64,000 nt of DNA from Narcine bancroftii. Taxonomy: Eukaryota. Below are positions 23,601 to 37,800 of the stretch, one piece after another. The stretch lies in NCBI RefSeq assembly GCF_036971445.1, contig NC_091473.1, positions 86,490,001 through 86,554,000 on the forward strand, in the 5' to 3' direction. Position numbers and translations under genes: made by a program. Position 1 is the stretch's first letter. Every line of letters begins with the position of its first letter. The notes beneath the pieces are model-generated. The model worked only from the letters and a program-made list of their open reading frames with translations, did no database searches and was not told the DNA's origin.

Positions 23601-26600
23601 CTGCTCAGTGGGTAGAGAAGTGCACGTGCCCAACAGGTCATGAGGGTCGATTCTGTGAGAAATGTTCCAGAGATTACACAAGAGAACGCAACTACCTCGG
23701 ACGTTTCAGCCGGTGTGTGCCATGCAATTGTCAAAGCTCCAGTGAGACTTGTGACCCCGAAACTGGTAAGTCTGTTGATAGGTTGGCTTGGACTGGAGTT
23801 GCAAATGGTAGATTGTGACCTACATCTCATCTTTTAATGAACATTTGTGAGGGTCCTTGTGAAAATAGGAACTGAAAGAGAAATTGCTATATTTAATGCT
23901 GCTTAAAGGGTAGGAATTTGTTCTTGGTCATTTGTGTTAAATACACAAAAAATACGGTGATTGCACATTTATGAAATTCAGCTCAAACCATCATTTTCAA
24001 ATGTTTTACTATGGTAATCTTTAAAAAAAAACCAAAGATTCCATTACAAAATAGTGGAATTAAGTTATTCTAAAGATAAACTAAGATCTTTTTAGAACAT
24101 TGTACACTCTTCAATGTACAATCGATATTCATTGAATTATGATGCTTATTTTGCTTATTTCCATTGATCAGGTTGTCAGGATATCAACAGAACAACATCA
24201 GAAACAGCCATTTCTGACTTTGGACGGATCTGGTTTCTGATCTGAGAATGACAGGGCTATAATTCTGTTATCCCATTCAGTAAAGTGCCACTTTTAGAAA
24301 GCTGACTTAGTGTCATATTATTGCCTTAAAAAGAATTGGATCAGTGTTGATTGAATTACGGGAACACACCCATTTTTTGAATGATCATCTTCATAAATAA
24401 TCTTTGCTGTTGCCTTATAGGCTCCTGTTACATCAATGATCAATCCAGAAACAACTGCCCACATGGTTACTACACTGATCATTCAGAACCAAGTGGCTGC
24501 AGGTTATGCCCTTGCCCTGGTGGTACAGGTTGCACTGTGGCACCAGATACAAGAGAAGTAATTTGCGTGGGTTGCCCCGCAAAAACAATGGGTAAGTGTT
24601 GGGTGCAATCTATCAATCTTAAATGTGTTAAAGCTGCTTAAAATAAAAACACAAGAAAGAAGCACTGCTGAAGGTACTTCACACAAAGGAGACTGAAGTA
24701 TACATTTCAGGTTAGAACCAAAATGGTGTTATGCATTTCAAATAAACAGCCTAGTCAACTAATATTATAACATCTAACAATTACAGCACGGAAACAGGCC
24801 ATCAGGCCCTTCTAGTCCGCACCGAACCAAACACCCCTTTCTAGCCCCACCTCCCTGCACAATGCCCATAACCCTCCATCTTCTTCTCATCCATATACCT
24901 GTCCAACCTTTTCTTAAATAATACAATTGACTCCGCCGCCACTATTTCTCCCGGAAGATCATTCCACACGGCTACCACTCTCTGAGAAAAGAAGTTCCCC
25001 CTCATGTTACCTCTAAACCTCTGCCCCTTAATTCTTAACTCATGTCCTCTTGTTTTAATCTTTCCTCCTCTTAACGGAAATAGTCTATCCACATCCACTC
25101 TGCCTATCCCTTTCATAATCTTAAATACTTCTATCAAATCCCCTCTCAACCTTCTACGCTCCAAAGAATAAAGACCTAATCTGTCCAATCTCTCCCTATA
25201 CTCTAGATGCTTAAACCCAGGTAACATTCTGGTAAACCTTCTCTGCATTCTCTCCACTCTGTTTATATCCTTCCTATAATTAGTACCTGAAAAAAGTACC
25301 CTTTCTGCCAAGCTGTGCAATAGAACTTTCATAACAGTTTCCAAATGCAAACCTTCCCAGTAGTTAATCAATACATTTTAAAAGTCCCAGCTCTAGGTTA
25401 TTGTTGACTTATTCAACTTGGGCCTTAGATTAAACAATCACAAAACAAAGATCCTCTACTTTACTGCCTCACTGCACCTCAACCCCCTCACAATAAAGGT
25501 GTAGACCAGTAGTTCTCAACCTTTTTCTTTCTACTTACATACTACTTTAAGTAATCCCTATGATTAGTAAGGAATTTGCTTGAGAAAAATTGTCATTGTC
25601 CCTTTTCCTTTGGAGTTATGAAACCATGCACATAACAAGTCAATTAGGTACGATTAAAATAGTGGTTTTCAAACTTTTTCCTTTCTACCCACATACCACC
25701 TAAAGCAATCCCTTATTAATCACAGAGCACCAATGGCATGGGGATTACTTAAAGTGGTATGTGAGTGGAAAGAAAAAGGTTGAGAACCACTGGTGTAGAA
25801 CAAGACATTGAAAAAAAAGGAATTTTTTTTGTATCTATCAGCAAGGCAGATAAAATGTACCACCACATCAGTGAACCAGTATAGTCTACAGCTGTCCAAA
25901 TAAACATATTAGAAAATTTCAAACCTGCATGAAAGTTTATATTTACTGGATGATGGAGATCCCTTCACAGTATCTCAAAACACTGAAGGAATACCACCAA
26001 TAATCTCTCCCAGGCCAACATTCCCCAATTAGATTCAGCAAGACTCATTGGAATTAGACCCAAAACAGATACTGCACCCTGAGAGATTCATCATAGCAGG
26101 AAATTAGCTGGAGGATTGTGGAAACAATTCAAGGATATTCTTTGGAAAAAAAAGTATGTATCCTCATTGACTCCTGACCCATAAGCACTCAAATGCAGAA
26201 GGGATAATGTGCATCCTAAACTATCCACCATATATCTCACCAAGTACTTCTGCTCCATATGTATCCAAACAATCATCTTAGAACCCACACCACCTCAACT
26301 CCTTTGGTGATGAATTTATATAACACCTTATTAGAAAGATACCCCATTGCACAATAAATTATACTGCAGAATGTATTAACCAATGCAGTACTTCATTTAG
26401 AACTTCTATGGCACTTGTTTATTTTCTAGAGTACAACTTTAAGCAGAAAATGTTAGAAATACTTCGCAGGTCAGACAACATCTGTGGAGAGAAAAACTGT
26501 TAGCATTCAAAGTCAATAACTTGAAGCATTTTGTTTCTCTCACTACAGATTGTGCCTGGTTTGCTGAATGCTTCCAGCATTTTATCTTTGTTTTAAATTT

Positions 26601-29600
26601 CCTGTATCTGCAGTTATTTGTTTTTATAATTAGTCATTAATTAAACCTCAACCTACCTGCACTATTTGACATATACCATTCTCCTCCAACATTTCCCACA
26701 CCATTCAGTTTGGCTGAGAACACATTTCCCTTGTTCTACCTTTATCTGTTCAGATGTAGTCAGAGAATCACTGGGATTCCCAGTAATCAACTGTTGGATC
26801 CTTCAACAATGGTTTGCAAACATATGTTGATGACACAGTTTTATATCATCACCATCTCTCTGGAGTGTCTAAATTGTCAGATTGGTTTGCAGACTTTTCC
26901 TTCAACTATTGTCTTTGTTTACTATCTTAACTTTTGATCACAAACCACTGACTTTCCATTTCCTTAACATGTTGAACCTGATGCATATAGCTCTGAACCC
27001 GCAGTTGACACCATTTCCATTACTTTAAGCTTAGACATGAATATTACCACATGGGCCAAGCTGCCCTCATTCTAAGTTTCTGCTTGGCCATGTTCTAACT
27101 TGCACTGTCCCATTCACCAATCACGCCCATGTATGCTACTTAAACGTGTTCCCAGCGAATCAGCAAATCAATGACAATTCCCAATCCCTGCCTTCAATGC
27201 ACTCCAGTCTCAATCCCTGCCTTCGATGCACTCCAGTCTCAATCCCTGGCTTCAATGCACTCCAGTCTCAATCCCTGCCTTCGATGCACTCCAGTCTCAA
27301 TCCCTGCCTTCGATGCACTCCAGTCTCAATCCTTGCCTTCGATGCACTCCAGAGTTCCACTCTCAATTTTTTCCTTAAATTTCATTCCTCTATCAATACC
27401 TTGCACTTCCAAGGAACTCGGCTCTGGAATTCTCTCCGAAAACCTGCTTCTTTTTTCCCTTTAAAGATGCTCCTTGAAAATATTTTTAGAATGAGCATTT
27501 GGACTGCTGCTTTAATATGGCAACTTTGCTTTGCCTTCTCAGTTGCCACATGTCCTGGAATATTATTGCTACACTGGAGGTGCTTGTTATTATTGCAGCT
27601 TAATTTTATGTATCTGCAGCCACTAGATCTCACTGTTATGACATTCAGTCAATAATTACATAATTTTTTCTCAGTTCCAACAAACCAAATACCTCTTTTA
27701 TTTACCGTCATTATAAAGAATTACAACGAAGCCAACCCTTTCAACATCACTTTAAAGAAATGAATCTAAACCCTTTCTTGTTCATTGACTTAACAGAGAG
27801 TTGTGATTTGCAAAACTATTATCCATTCATGGCTTAGTGTACAGATTAACTATTCCTTTGTTAATTTAACATGACACAACTTAATTTAGTCAAAAGAATG
27901 TAGATGGATATTATAGTAATTAAGGAAAGGTTTGTAAAAGGGTTTTGACTCAAATCATTGACCCATTTCTACCCATGAACACTGTCTAATCTGCTGAGTT
28001 CATCCAGATTCCAGCATCTGCAGCTTTTAGGTTTCTCTATTATAGAAATTAGATGGTTAGGCCAAGATTGATTAGCGTTCAGTTAACACTAAACATTGAG
28101 ATTCAGATGCTTGCAGTTTTCATTTGTTGATCTTATTGTACCAATTCCCTAGGCAAACGGTGTGAAATGTGTGAAGAAGGATACTTCGGGAATCCCCAGG
28201 CAGGCAGATCCTGCCAGCCTTGTTCCTGCAACAATAATGTGGATCCCAATTCAGTTGGAATTTGTGATCAATGGACAGGTGAATGTCGGAACTGCCTCTA
28301 CAATACTGCAGGACACCACTGTGATACATGCAAACATGGCTTTCATGGAAACGCACTTGCCTCCAAGCCATCAGAAAAGTGCAAACGTAAGGGTTTGTTT
28401 TTAAATTTCATGTTGATAATTTTAATGAGGATGGATTCAGTGCTCCAAATCTGCAAAATGTAAAATTAATTTTACACTAAGCAAATTTCAGACACTCTTT
28501 GATGTTCTAGTTTGGTTTCATTCATTTTCTCAAAATCACTTGGTTGAGATTGCTCTGTTACAAATTCTCTTTGCATTGCTGGATTGTGATGTATCATCAA
28601 TGCATGGCAGATACCTAGTGAGATTTCCATTCTCAGAAACACAAAATGAGCTCATTTTCAGTAGATAATCAAGAAGAAGTTTTAAGATAAAAAGTTCTGG
28701 AGACATTATTGAACCAAGGTACAGAACCAAGCTGACAGGCTAAGTTTTTCTAGGCTTGAATAGAGGAAGAGATGTTTTCAGTTTATTTGTCACAATACTT
28801 TTAGAATAGTGAGAATGGTTCTTCTACAAACGGACCAACAGGTTATCTCTGGCATTACATACAGCTATGTGCAGTGCGCTACTAATAGAGTAACAGGTTA
28901 CAATAAAAAGAAAACTCTTCAGCCTTCTCCCTGATGCAGGAGATGTAGATGGAGTCCATGGAGAGGAGGGAACTTTGCATTACGTTCTGAGCTGCATTCA
29001 TTACCTTCTGTAGCTTCTTCCAATCTTGAATAGAGCTGCTCCTGTACCACCCTGTGAAGCATCCAGCAAGTATGTTTCTGATGTCTACTTCCACTGGGGT
29101 GCTCAGAATCTATATAATCAAATCCTACAGCCTCCTGCCACCTTTCACAAAGTGGTCCTAGGAAGTGATAATGACATTCTTTAAATTCTGACACATTTGA
29201 TTGAAGCAGCTGCAGAGGGTTATTTAGAAATCAAGGTGAGGGAGTGGTGGGAATGGTAGGTAGGGTTACAAATGGGTGAATGGCTGGTGGGAATATGAAA
29301 TCAGTCAGGGCTGTAAACCTCAAGCAAATGTTCCCAAATTCTCTTGTTCTCCCTTTGCAATTTCAGGCAACATGACAGGAAATGCAAACCCTCTTCTTTC
29401 ACGCAGTAAAGAAGGTTCACTAGGATGATTCCGGGAATGAAAGAGATATCATTCAAGGAACTTTTGACAGCTCTTGGCCTGTACTCATTGGAATTTAGGA
29501 GAATGAAGGGGAGAATGAAGGAGAATTGAAAGGCTTGTTCAGAGTAGATATAGTAAGGTTGTTTCCCATGGTGGGAAAGTCTAGGACGTGAAGGCACAAC

Positions 29601-32600
29601 TTCAGGATTGAAGGGTGTCTGCTTTGAACAGAGATGCATAGTCATTCCTTCAGCTAGAGGATGGTAACTCTGCGGAATTTGTTGCCACAGGCAGTTATCA
29701 TTGGATGTATTCAAGACAAAGATTGATAGGTTCTTGATTAGCCAGGGGATCAAAGGTTATGGGGAGAAGGCTGGACAGTGGGACTGAGTGGAAAAATGGA
29801 TCAGCTCATGATTAAATAGGGGAGCAGACTCAATGGGCTGAATGGCCCATTTCTGCTCCTGTATTCTGTGGTCTTAATATGTTTACTATTTTAAATTAAA
29901 GGAATGGATCATTTGTTATGGTTTTTCTCCCTTTGAGATCCAATTCCCATGATAACAGATTTTTCCTCTTACCTTTAGAGAACTATTACAAGAAGAAAAT
30001 GAGGGACAGATCCTAACTAAAAATAAATGATTTTTTATTTTTACAGCATGCAACTGTGACCCAAGAGGTTCTTGGTCTTTACAATGCAGGAGTGATGGGA
30101 CATGTGATTGTAAGCCAGGAGTTTTTGGAGATCGATGTAACCAATGCTCAGGAGACACTTATTACAACAGCACCACAGGCTGTGAGGTGTGCCCAAACTG
30201 TTACCTGGCAGTAAAAAGCAAGGTAGGTATCTACTCCTAACTTCACAAGAGTTTGAAGAAAGGTTGATACAGCTTATCAACTAAGGCTTTTGTAGAGTCT
30301 TCTTAATCTCTCCAAAACCAGGAATGTTGAAAATGTTTCCTTTTTTTTAAATAACGTGTCAGTCTAACTATAGATCTTTTTTAAACACATTTCCATTAAT
30401 TTAAAAAGTGACTAAACAGGGAAACCAATTGAAAAATTTGGGCCCAAAAATTCATGGAACAAGTTCATCTTCATATATGGGAACTAAAGATATAAAATTA
30501 TTAAAAAAAAATCTCAATCCCAATATCGTGAGAAGAAATAACTAGCAGAGATTACCTTTAATAAACATGAAATTTTGTGAAATCAACCACATGGAATAAC
30601 TATTGGCATACATTTTTCAGCTAATTCCCTCTCCCAAAAATTGACAATAAAAATTAAGTTGGTGGGGAACTGTAGAGCGGAAACATTGAATGATATTAGC
30701 AGCAAAAATGTAAATAATTTAGTGTGAAATTGCTTTAGCTACAACGCCATTAATCTTTTGCATTTTATATTTTAAGTTAAGTCAAGTTTATTGTCTTTTG
30801 ATTGTCCAAGTACAACCTGATGAAACTGCATTCTCTGGTCCTCAGAGAAAAACATGCAGACACAACCAGACATAACACAGATACAAACAGTGCTTATGCA
30901 GAACAAGTATTCATATATGCAAACAAATAAATAAATAAACAAACATTGTTTTGTGAAAATGAGAATCTCGAATGGTTATATGAGCACTTCCTTTGGCCAT
31001 TCAGCATTCTCACTGCCCATGGACAAAGCTGTTCCTCAGCCTGGTGGTGCTGGCTCTAATACTCCTGTATCTCTTTCCCACTGAGAGCAGCTGAAAGACG
31101 CTGTGCCCAAGGTGGAAGGGATCCTCAATAATTTTGCGTGCCCCCTTTAGTCAATGATCCCAGTAGATCACGCCGATGAGGTGGGGGGGGGAGACTTCAG
31201 TGATCCTCTCTGCCACTCTTATGGTCCTGTGGTCCATTTCTCTGTAGCAACTATAACACACAGTGATGCAGTCAGCCAGGACGCTTTAGATAAAGCTCCT
31301 GTAGAATGTTGACACAATGGTGTCCAGTAGCCTTGCCCGCTTCAGTCTTCTCAGTGAGGAGATGTTGTGTGTCCACAATTGGTCACTAGTTAAGTGAACT
31401 CCAAGGAACTTGCTGTTCTCTATTCTCTCCATGACAGAGTTCTTGATGTGAGTGGAGGGTGGTCATTCCTAGTCCTGAAGTCCACGATCATCTCCTTTGT
31501 CTTGTATATTACACCCTTTGTTAAAGCTCCAATGAAGCTGTAAATATTCATGATTTAATATACGAGTTATAATTTTACCAAAAAGAAGTAGGTGGAATAT
31601 GATAGATTCTAGTCTGCTATTTCTGGAACAATGTGATTTTGAAGCACATGTTAATGGTTGTGCATTCTACTGCTAGCCCTCTCAAGCTTTCCTTCATTAG
31701 GAGGTATTGGGCCAGTGTCACCCAGCCTATTCCATTCCAGTCAATTATCTAATTGCCATGCAGTCATTAATGTCAGTTCCTATCATAGCAACCATTATTT
31801 TGTTTGAAAGTAACTTTTAAAAACATCGATCGACTTTGCTAATTGGGATGACCTTACTCTATAGAGGTATTTACTAATTGGTTGAAAGATGGACCAATTG
31901 ATTTTTTATGTGTCATCGTTGACACTAACTTTGTGATACGAGTGCAGAGTGCAGGAAATGAATCAAGAAAACAAATTTTCTTGCCAAAGAAAGGCATAAA
32001 CATTTACTAACAGAAAAGTTGTCACTTGGAAAACCAGAGGCACAATGGAATAGGGCTTGCCATTATCACCACGGCCAAGCTCCATCTCCCATTACCCGCC
32101 TCATCACCCATTCAATCCCCAAAAGTTTCAGCACAAGCTTTAGTATTGACTTATTATCAGTAGTGCCCAGGCATAGTAAATAAACATTTTTTCATAATTT
32201 TCCCATTTCCACTGATCAATTTGAACTCTGAAGCTTTGATTATTATTATGCATCCTGAAATTACAGATAGCTCATAGTCCCTATTGTACCTCATTGCTGA
32301 TACTGAGCAATGTGACTCACTCTCTGGCACCCTTCACAATGATCTTGGGTCTTTCTTCATTCCACCCTTCACCAGTGAGAAAGACGTCCTTCTTAGTGGT
32401 AAAATCTAGATAGTTCCAATTACATAATGTCAGATTTTTAGATAATAACAAGTGCTTACAAACAGATTGTTAGAATTTTTTGATGAGCACTTTACCCTTT
32501 TTGTTTTACCCACCAGATAATGAAACACAAAAGTGTGGTCAGAGAAATGGAAATTCTCATCTCAAAGCTTAAGACAAAGGGCAGGCCAGCAAATGACAAG

Positions 32601-33781
32601 GACTTCGAGGAAAGATTGAGGAAAGCATCAACGATCCTCCATGAAATGATGACCACAGCTAAAGATATTGAAAGTAAACTTTACAGATAATATCAAACAT
32701 AATGTTACATTCTCTCCTACTGCATTTTCCTTTCCTTCTTTTATCATTGTGGGGAATAGACTGACTCTCAAGTGAGGAAGGAACTGCCCAGGTTTTTGAG
32801 ATGCTTTTCTCTCCATCATTGTTCAGGATGATCATGAATCACTGATTCAGATTTTGTGTAGAATTTATTCCAACAGTTGCAAGATATTTCTGTCATGATC
32901 CTAAATTATTCTGCTTCTTTCTGAAGGATGCTGTCAAACCATAGAACAAAGATTTCTGGAATCATTAAATGCCTAAGAAAGCTGAGGTGAAGTAAGGGTG
33001 AGGGTCACAGATTGAAAGCTTTTTTTCCCTCTTATTTTCCCCACTTTAAACAGTTTGTTCTATTGCCTCTATCAGTTGAGAACAAAGATTTTAGGATAAG
33101 GTAGGAGAAGTGACTGTCTAGTTGTGATTCAGGGTGAGAGACGACGATGTCCCAACTAGCTTCTTCTGTCCGGCCTGGTTCTTGTATTTCTTCCTTTTTA
33201 ATTGACCGCCTAGAGTAACTCTTCTCCCTCACCAGGTTTTGTGGCAAATTCATCAAGTTATTCATCTATATGAAATCTTGTCTTTAATTCTTAATATTAA
33301 TTTGGCTCCTAATCCTTTTCTTGCCCTATTTGGAATAAGTAAATCAGCTGATTTAAATTTGTCTGGGCTACAATCTCATGTAGTTGCCTTTGTTCTTCTT
33401 ATCGCCAGAAGAGCTATACTTATGAGATGGAAAGATGTTGTCTCTCCTACACATACTCAATGGTTTTCTGATGTGATGGCATGCTTGACTCTGGAAAAAA
33501 TTAGATGCTCTACTAATGCAATGAACCTTAATTTTCTAAATTTATGGGGACATTTCCTTAATTATTTTCAGAATTTATAAGATTATTGGATCCCATTTTA
33601 TGGTTTGGTTGTCCTTTCTTTCACTCAATAATGGAATATGCATGTTTAATCATAACTTCACACAGGAAGGGTTAGATTATTAGAATAGTTTTTGTTTTAT
33701 ATACATTTTGTTTTTGTTTCTTTCATAGTTTATTTACAATTTTTTTGGTTGGATATATATTCTTATTATACCTACATATGA

Positions 33782-33815
<34 letters not shown>

Positions 33816-34837
33816 TTATCTGAGGCGCCTGCAAGCTCACACCAAAACACAAGAGCAACTTGTCCGGGAACTACTCTTTGCAGATGATGCAGCTTTAGTT
33901 GCCCATTCAGAGCCAGCTCTCCAGCGCATGACGTCCTGTTTTGCAGAAACTGCCAAAATGTTTGGCCTGGAAGTCAGCCTGAAGAAAACTGAGGTCCTCC
34001 ATCAGCCAGCTCCCCACCATGACTACCAGCCCCCCCACATCTCCATCGGGCACACAAAACTCAAAACGGTCAACCAGTTTACCTACCTCGGCTGCACCAT
34101 TTCATCTGATGCAAGGATCGACAAAGAGATAGACAACAGACTCGCCAAGGCAAAGAGCACCTTTGGAAGACTACACAAAAGAGTCTGGAAAAACAATCAC
34201 CTGAAGAAACACACAAAGATCAGCGTGTACAGAGCTGTTGACATACCCACGCTCCTGTTCGGCTCCGAATCATGGGTCCTCTACCGGCATCACCTACGGC
34301 TCCTAGAATGCTTCCATCAGCGCTGTCTCTGCTCCATCCTCAACATTCATTGGAATGACTTCATCACCAACATCGAAGTACTCGAGCTGGCAGAGTCCTC
34401 AAGCATCGAATCCATGCTGCTGAAGATCCAACTGCGCTGGGTGGGTCACGTCTCCAAGATCGTGTTATATGGCAAGCTCTCCACTGGCCACTGAGACAGA
34501 GGTGCACCAAAGAAGAGGTACAAGGACTGCTTAAAGAAATCTCTTGGTGCCTGCCACATTGACCACCGCCAGTGGGCTGATATCGCCTCCAACCGTGCAT
34601 CTTGGTGCCTCACAGTTCGGCAGGCAGCAACCTCCTTTGAAGAAGACTGCAGAGCCCACCTCACTGACAAAAGACAAAGTAGGAAAAACCCAACACCCAA
34701 TCCCAACCAATCAGTTTTCCCTTGCAAAAGCTGCAACCGTGCCTGCCTGTCCCGCATCGGACTTGTCAGTCACCAATGAGCCTGCAGCAGACGTGGACAT
34801 ACCCCTCCATAAATCTTCGTCCGCGAAGCCAAGGTAT

Positions 34838-34875
<38 letters not shown>

Positions 34876-37800
34876 TGGAAAGAACTATATGGAATATCTT
34901 AGCCAACCAATCTCAACATCTATCTGATATCATTGTGCAGCACAGAAATGGGCCTTTCAGATAATATGCTGACCATTTTACCCATCTACACTAGCCTAAT
35001 TACCTGCATTAGGCCTGTATGCTCATGTACCATGCCAATTCAAATGGCTGTCTAAACTCCTCTCAAACCTTTCTTTAAAACATAGTCATTGCATTTGATT
35101 TCATCTTCTCTTCTGTCTGAGAGTTCCAGATATTGACCACTCTGTGCTTTAAAAAAAATCCCCAATTAGTTTTAAAACTCCTGTTCACCTTAAAATCGAT
35201 GCCTTTTTGGTTTTGATAACACTCCAATGGGAAGAAGTCCCCTCCCATTGGAAGAATGCCTCGCATGATATTATATATTTTTATTGGGATACTCTTCATC
35301 TTCCCTCTCTCCAGTAACAATAAACCTAACTAATCCACTGTTCTGCCATAATGAAGTCTTTCAATCCAGACAACATCCTGGTGAATCTCTTTTGCACTCT
35401 TTTGAGGTCACATCCTTAACTGGGAAAATAAATGGGCTCTGCTATATTTGATGAGTTTTCCCTCTGCTTAGCTGATGAATCCTTTGGTCTCTATTGCAAT
35501 CAGGTGAGATGCAGTAACTTGGCATGGATCGGACCAGCACAGTACCATATTACACTGTTGAATTTATGAAGCAGAGCTGCTGCTTGTGGAGTATTCAAGA
35601 GACGCAAATGTATCTAGCCTTGACAGTAAAATCTTATTCTTTCTACAGTTGATGATGAAAATAATCTCGATGAGCTGAAAAACCTTAACAGTAAGCTAAG
35701 TGTTGAAACTTATCGCCTGAACAACATTGCAAAATCTGTTGATGAGATTAGAAGGTTAACTTTAACATATGAAAATCGTGTCCGAATCACTGACAAGGTG
35801 TTAAGCAATGTCAGGACAAAGATCCAGAAAAGCAGGACAGAGATGAGGCAAATGGTAAGTCCCCATGTGATTAGAAAGTCTGAGATTTTTATTTGAAAGT
35901 AAATTCTCAGTGTGCACCCCTTGTGCACTTTAGCACAAAAACCAAAATAAAGACACTGATGTGCATATCGACAATGTATCAGGAAAGCCCTGGGCTTTTA
36001 AACCTTAACCCAGTGCAATAACAAATACAAAACATGCTTATTACTTCCCAGAAGCTACCAATACTATTATAAAAAAGTCCTTTTTTGGAATGTTATCCCT
36101 CATTATATTTCCTCCATTAGGACATAGCCCCTTAGAATTAGGTATCTTCTTGTTACAGCATTCTTTCTTTTCATGCGACTGAACATAGCTATGATATGAT
36201 TATTGTTACCATACTGCCTCTTGTATTAACACAGATACTGGTGAGACATAGTCCTTTGTCAGTTCATTATATGCCACTGTTGCTTGTTTTGCAATAGTAC
36301 TTGGATGTGCTACTATCCTTCACCTGGACATAATCTCTCTTGATTTTTATTAAACTATGATAGTTCCATTTGTCATAGACCTTTGTAATAAATATTGTCC
36401 TTCATAATTATACTACCACTTCTAAATATTCCTCTTTTTCATTAGAGAGTCTGATTATGTTTCTCTCTCATTATGTCATTGACACTTGTGACATTAGTAG
36501 ATAGAATTCAAACCAGGAATAGAAAAAATGACTACCTGGGCACATCGATTCATTCAGTTCATATAATTTTTAATTAAAAAAAAATTAGACATACAGCATG
36601 GTAACAGGCCCCTTTGGCCTATGAGCACGTGCTTCCCACTTGCACCCAATTGACCTACAACCCCGGTATGTTTTGAATAGTGAGAGAAAACTGGAGCCCC
36701 TGAGGTTAAACCTGACATACACAGGGAGAACGTGCAAACTCCTTACAGAAAGCGTGTGATTCGTACCCTGGACCCAATCACTGGCACTGTAACTGTGTTG
36801 CACTAACCACTATACCGACCATGCCACCCAGTCTAAAATCCACTTTTACTTTAATAGTTCCTTTGAACATGACATAAATGACCAACTATTAATCTCAAGA
36901 CGATACACCTCTACTTTTGAATCTATCAGTTGGAAGAATCAGCCTCTCAGCATCAACCTTCAGTATATCATAACTGTTTCTGATGACCAGATCTTCATAT
37001 AAAAATTATATGGTATAATTGAGCCAAGAAGATATCTGAGTGAATACAAATCATTGCTGAACAATTAGAAAAAGGAAAATCTAGTATCTCAGTTGATGCA
37101 TGCTTCCTTGAAACAGGACCCCATGTATCTTTTTTTAAAAAAAAATCAAAGTATGTGACCTTTTCTGCTGATGGGTAAACCATGGTTTCTGCTGGAATGG
37201 ACGTTGATGTGGATCCAGGCTCCCTTCTCAGAAGTTTAATCTCAAAAGATAGGCACTTGGATGGTTAAAAAGGGCACGGCCAGCATCTCTGTGAAGCAAT
37301 ATTCAATGCTTTCACGATAGAGGTGACATGCTGTTAATTGTAATGGTTGCGAAGATGAGATTTTGTTGCCAACTGTCATATTATTTCTTACAGCCATCAT
37401 TACCTACAGGTTCTAGTGGAGGAAATATCCCTACAGTTCTAGTAAATGAGGCTCAAAGACTGGCAGATAAGTATGTGGTCTATTTACTTGCTTCACTATT
37501 TCCATTGTGTTCCATTATCAATTTCATTCCATGACTTCAAGGATGAATATTAAGAACTTGCATTGTCAATTTTCAGGCATCAGAAAGATGCAGAGGATAT
37601 TGAACAGTTCAGTGGTTCTGCAAACAACTCTGCTTTTGAAGCCCTTACATTAATTACACGAGCAATCAAAGAAGATCAGCAAACAACAGGGTCCATCAAG
37701 CGACTAACTCAGCAGTGAGTGCAAACAAATTATCATCAGGAATATCCGTGACTACCTCAGTCTCGTGTTAACTTTCTGTATCCCTTGAAAACTTCAACTG

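Noticed and set aside
27146-27655. 169-aa ORF, and a CRISPR-like look of the 26-bp and 29-bp repeats
   Set aside because: Head-to-tail tandem repeats with no unique spacers, no cas genes, and a vertebrate intron context
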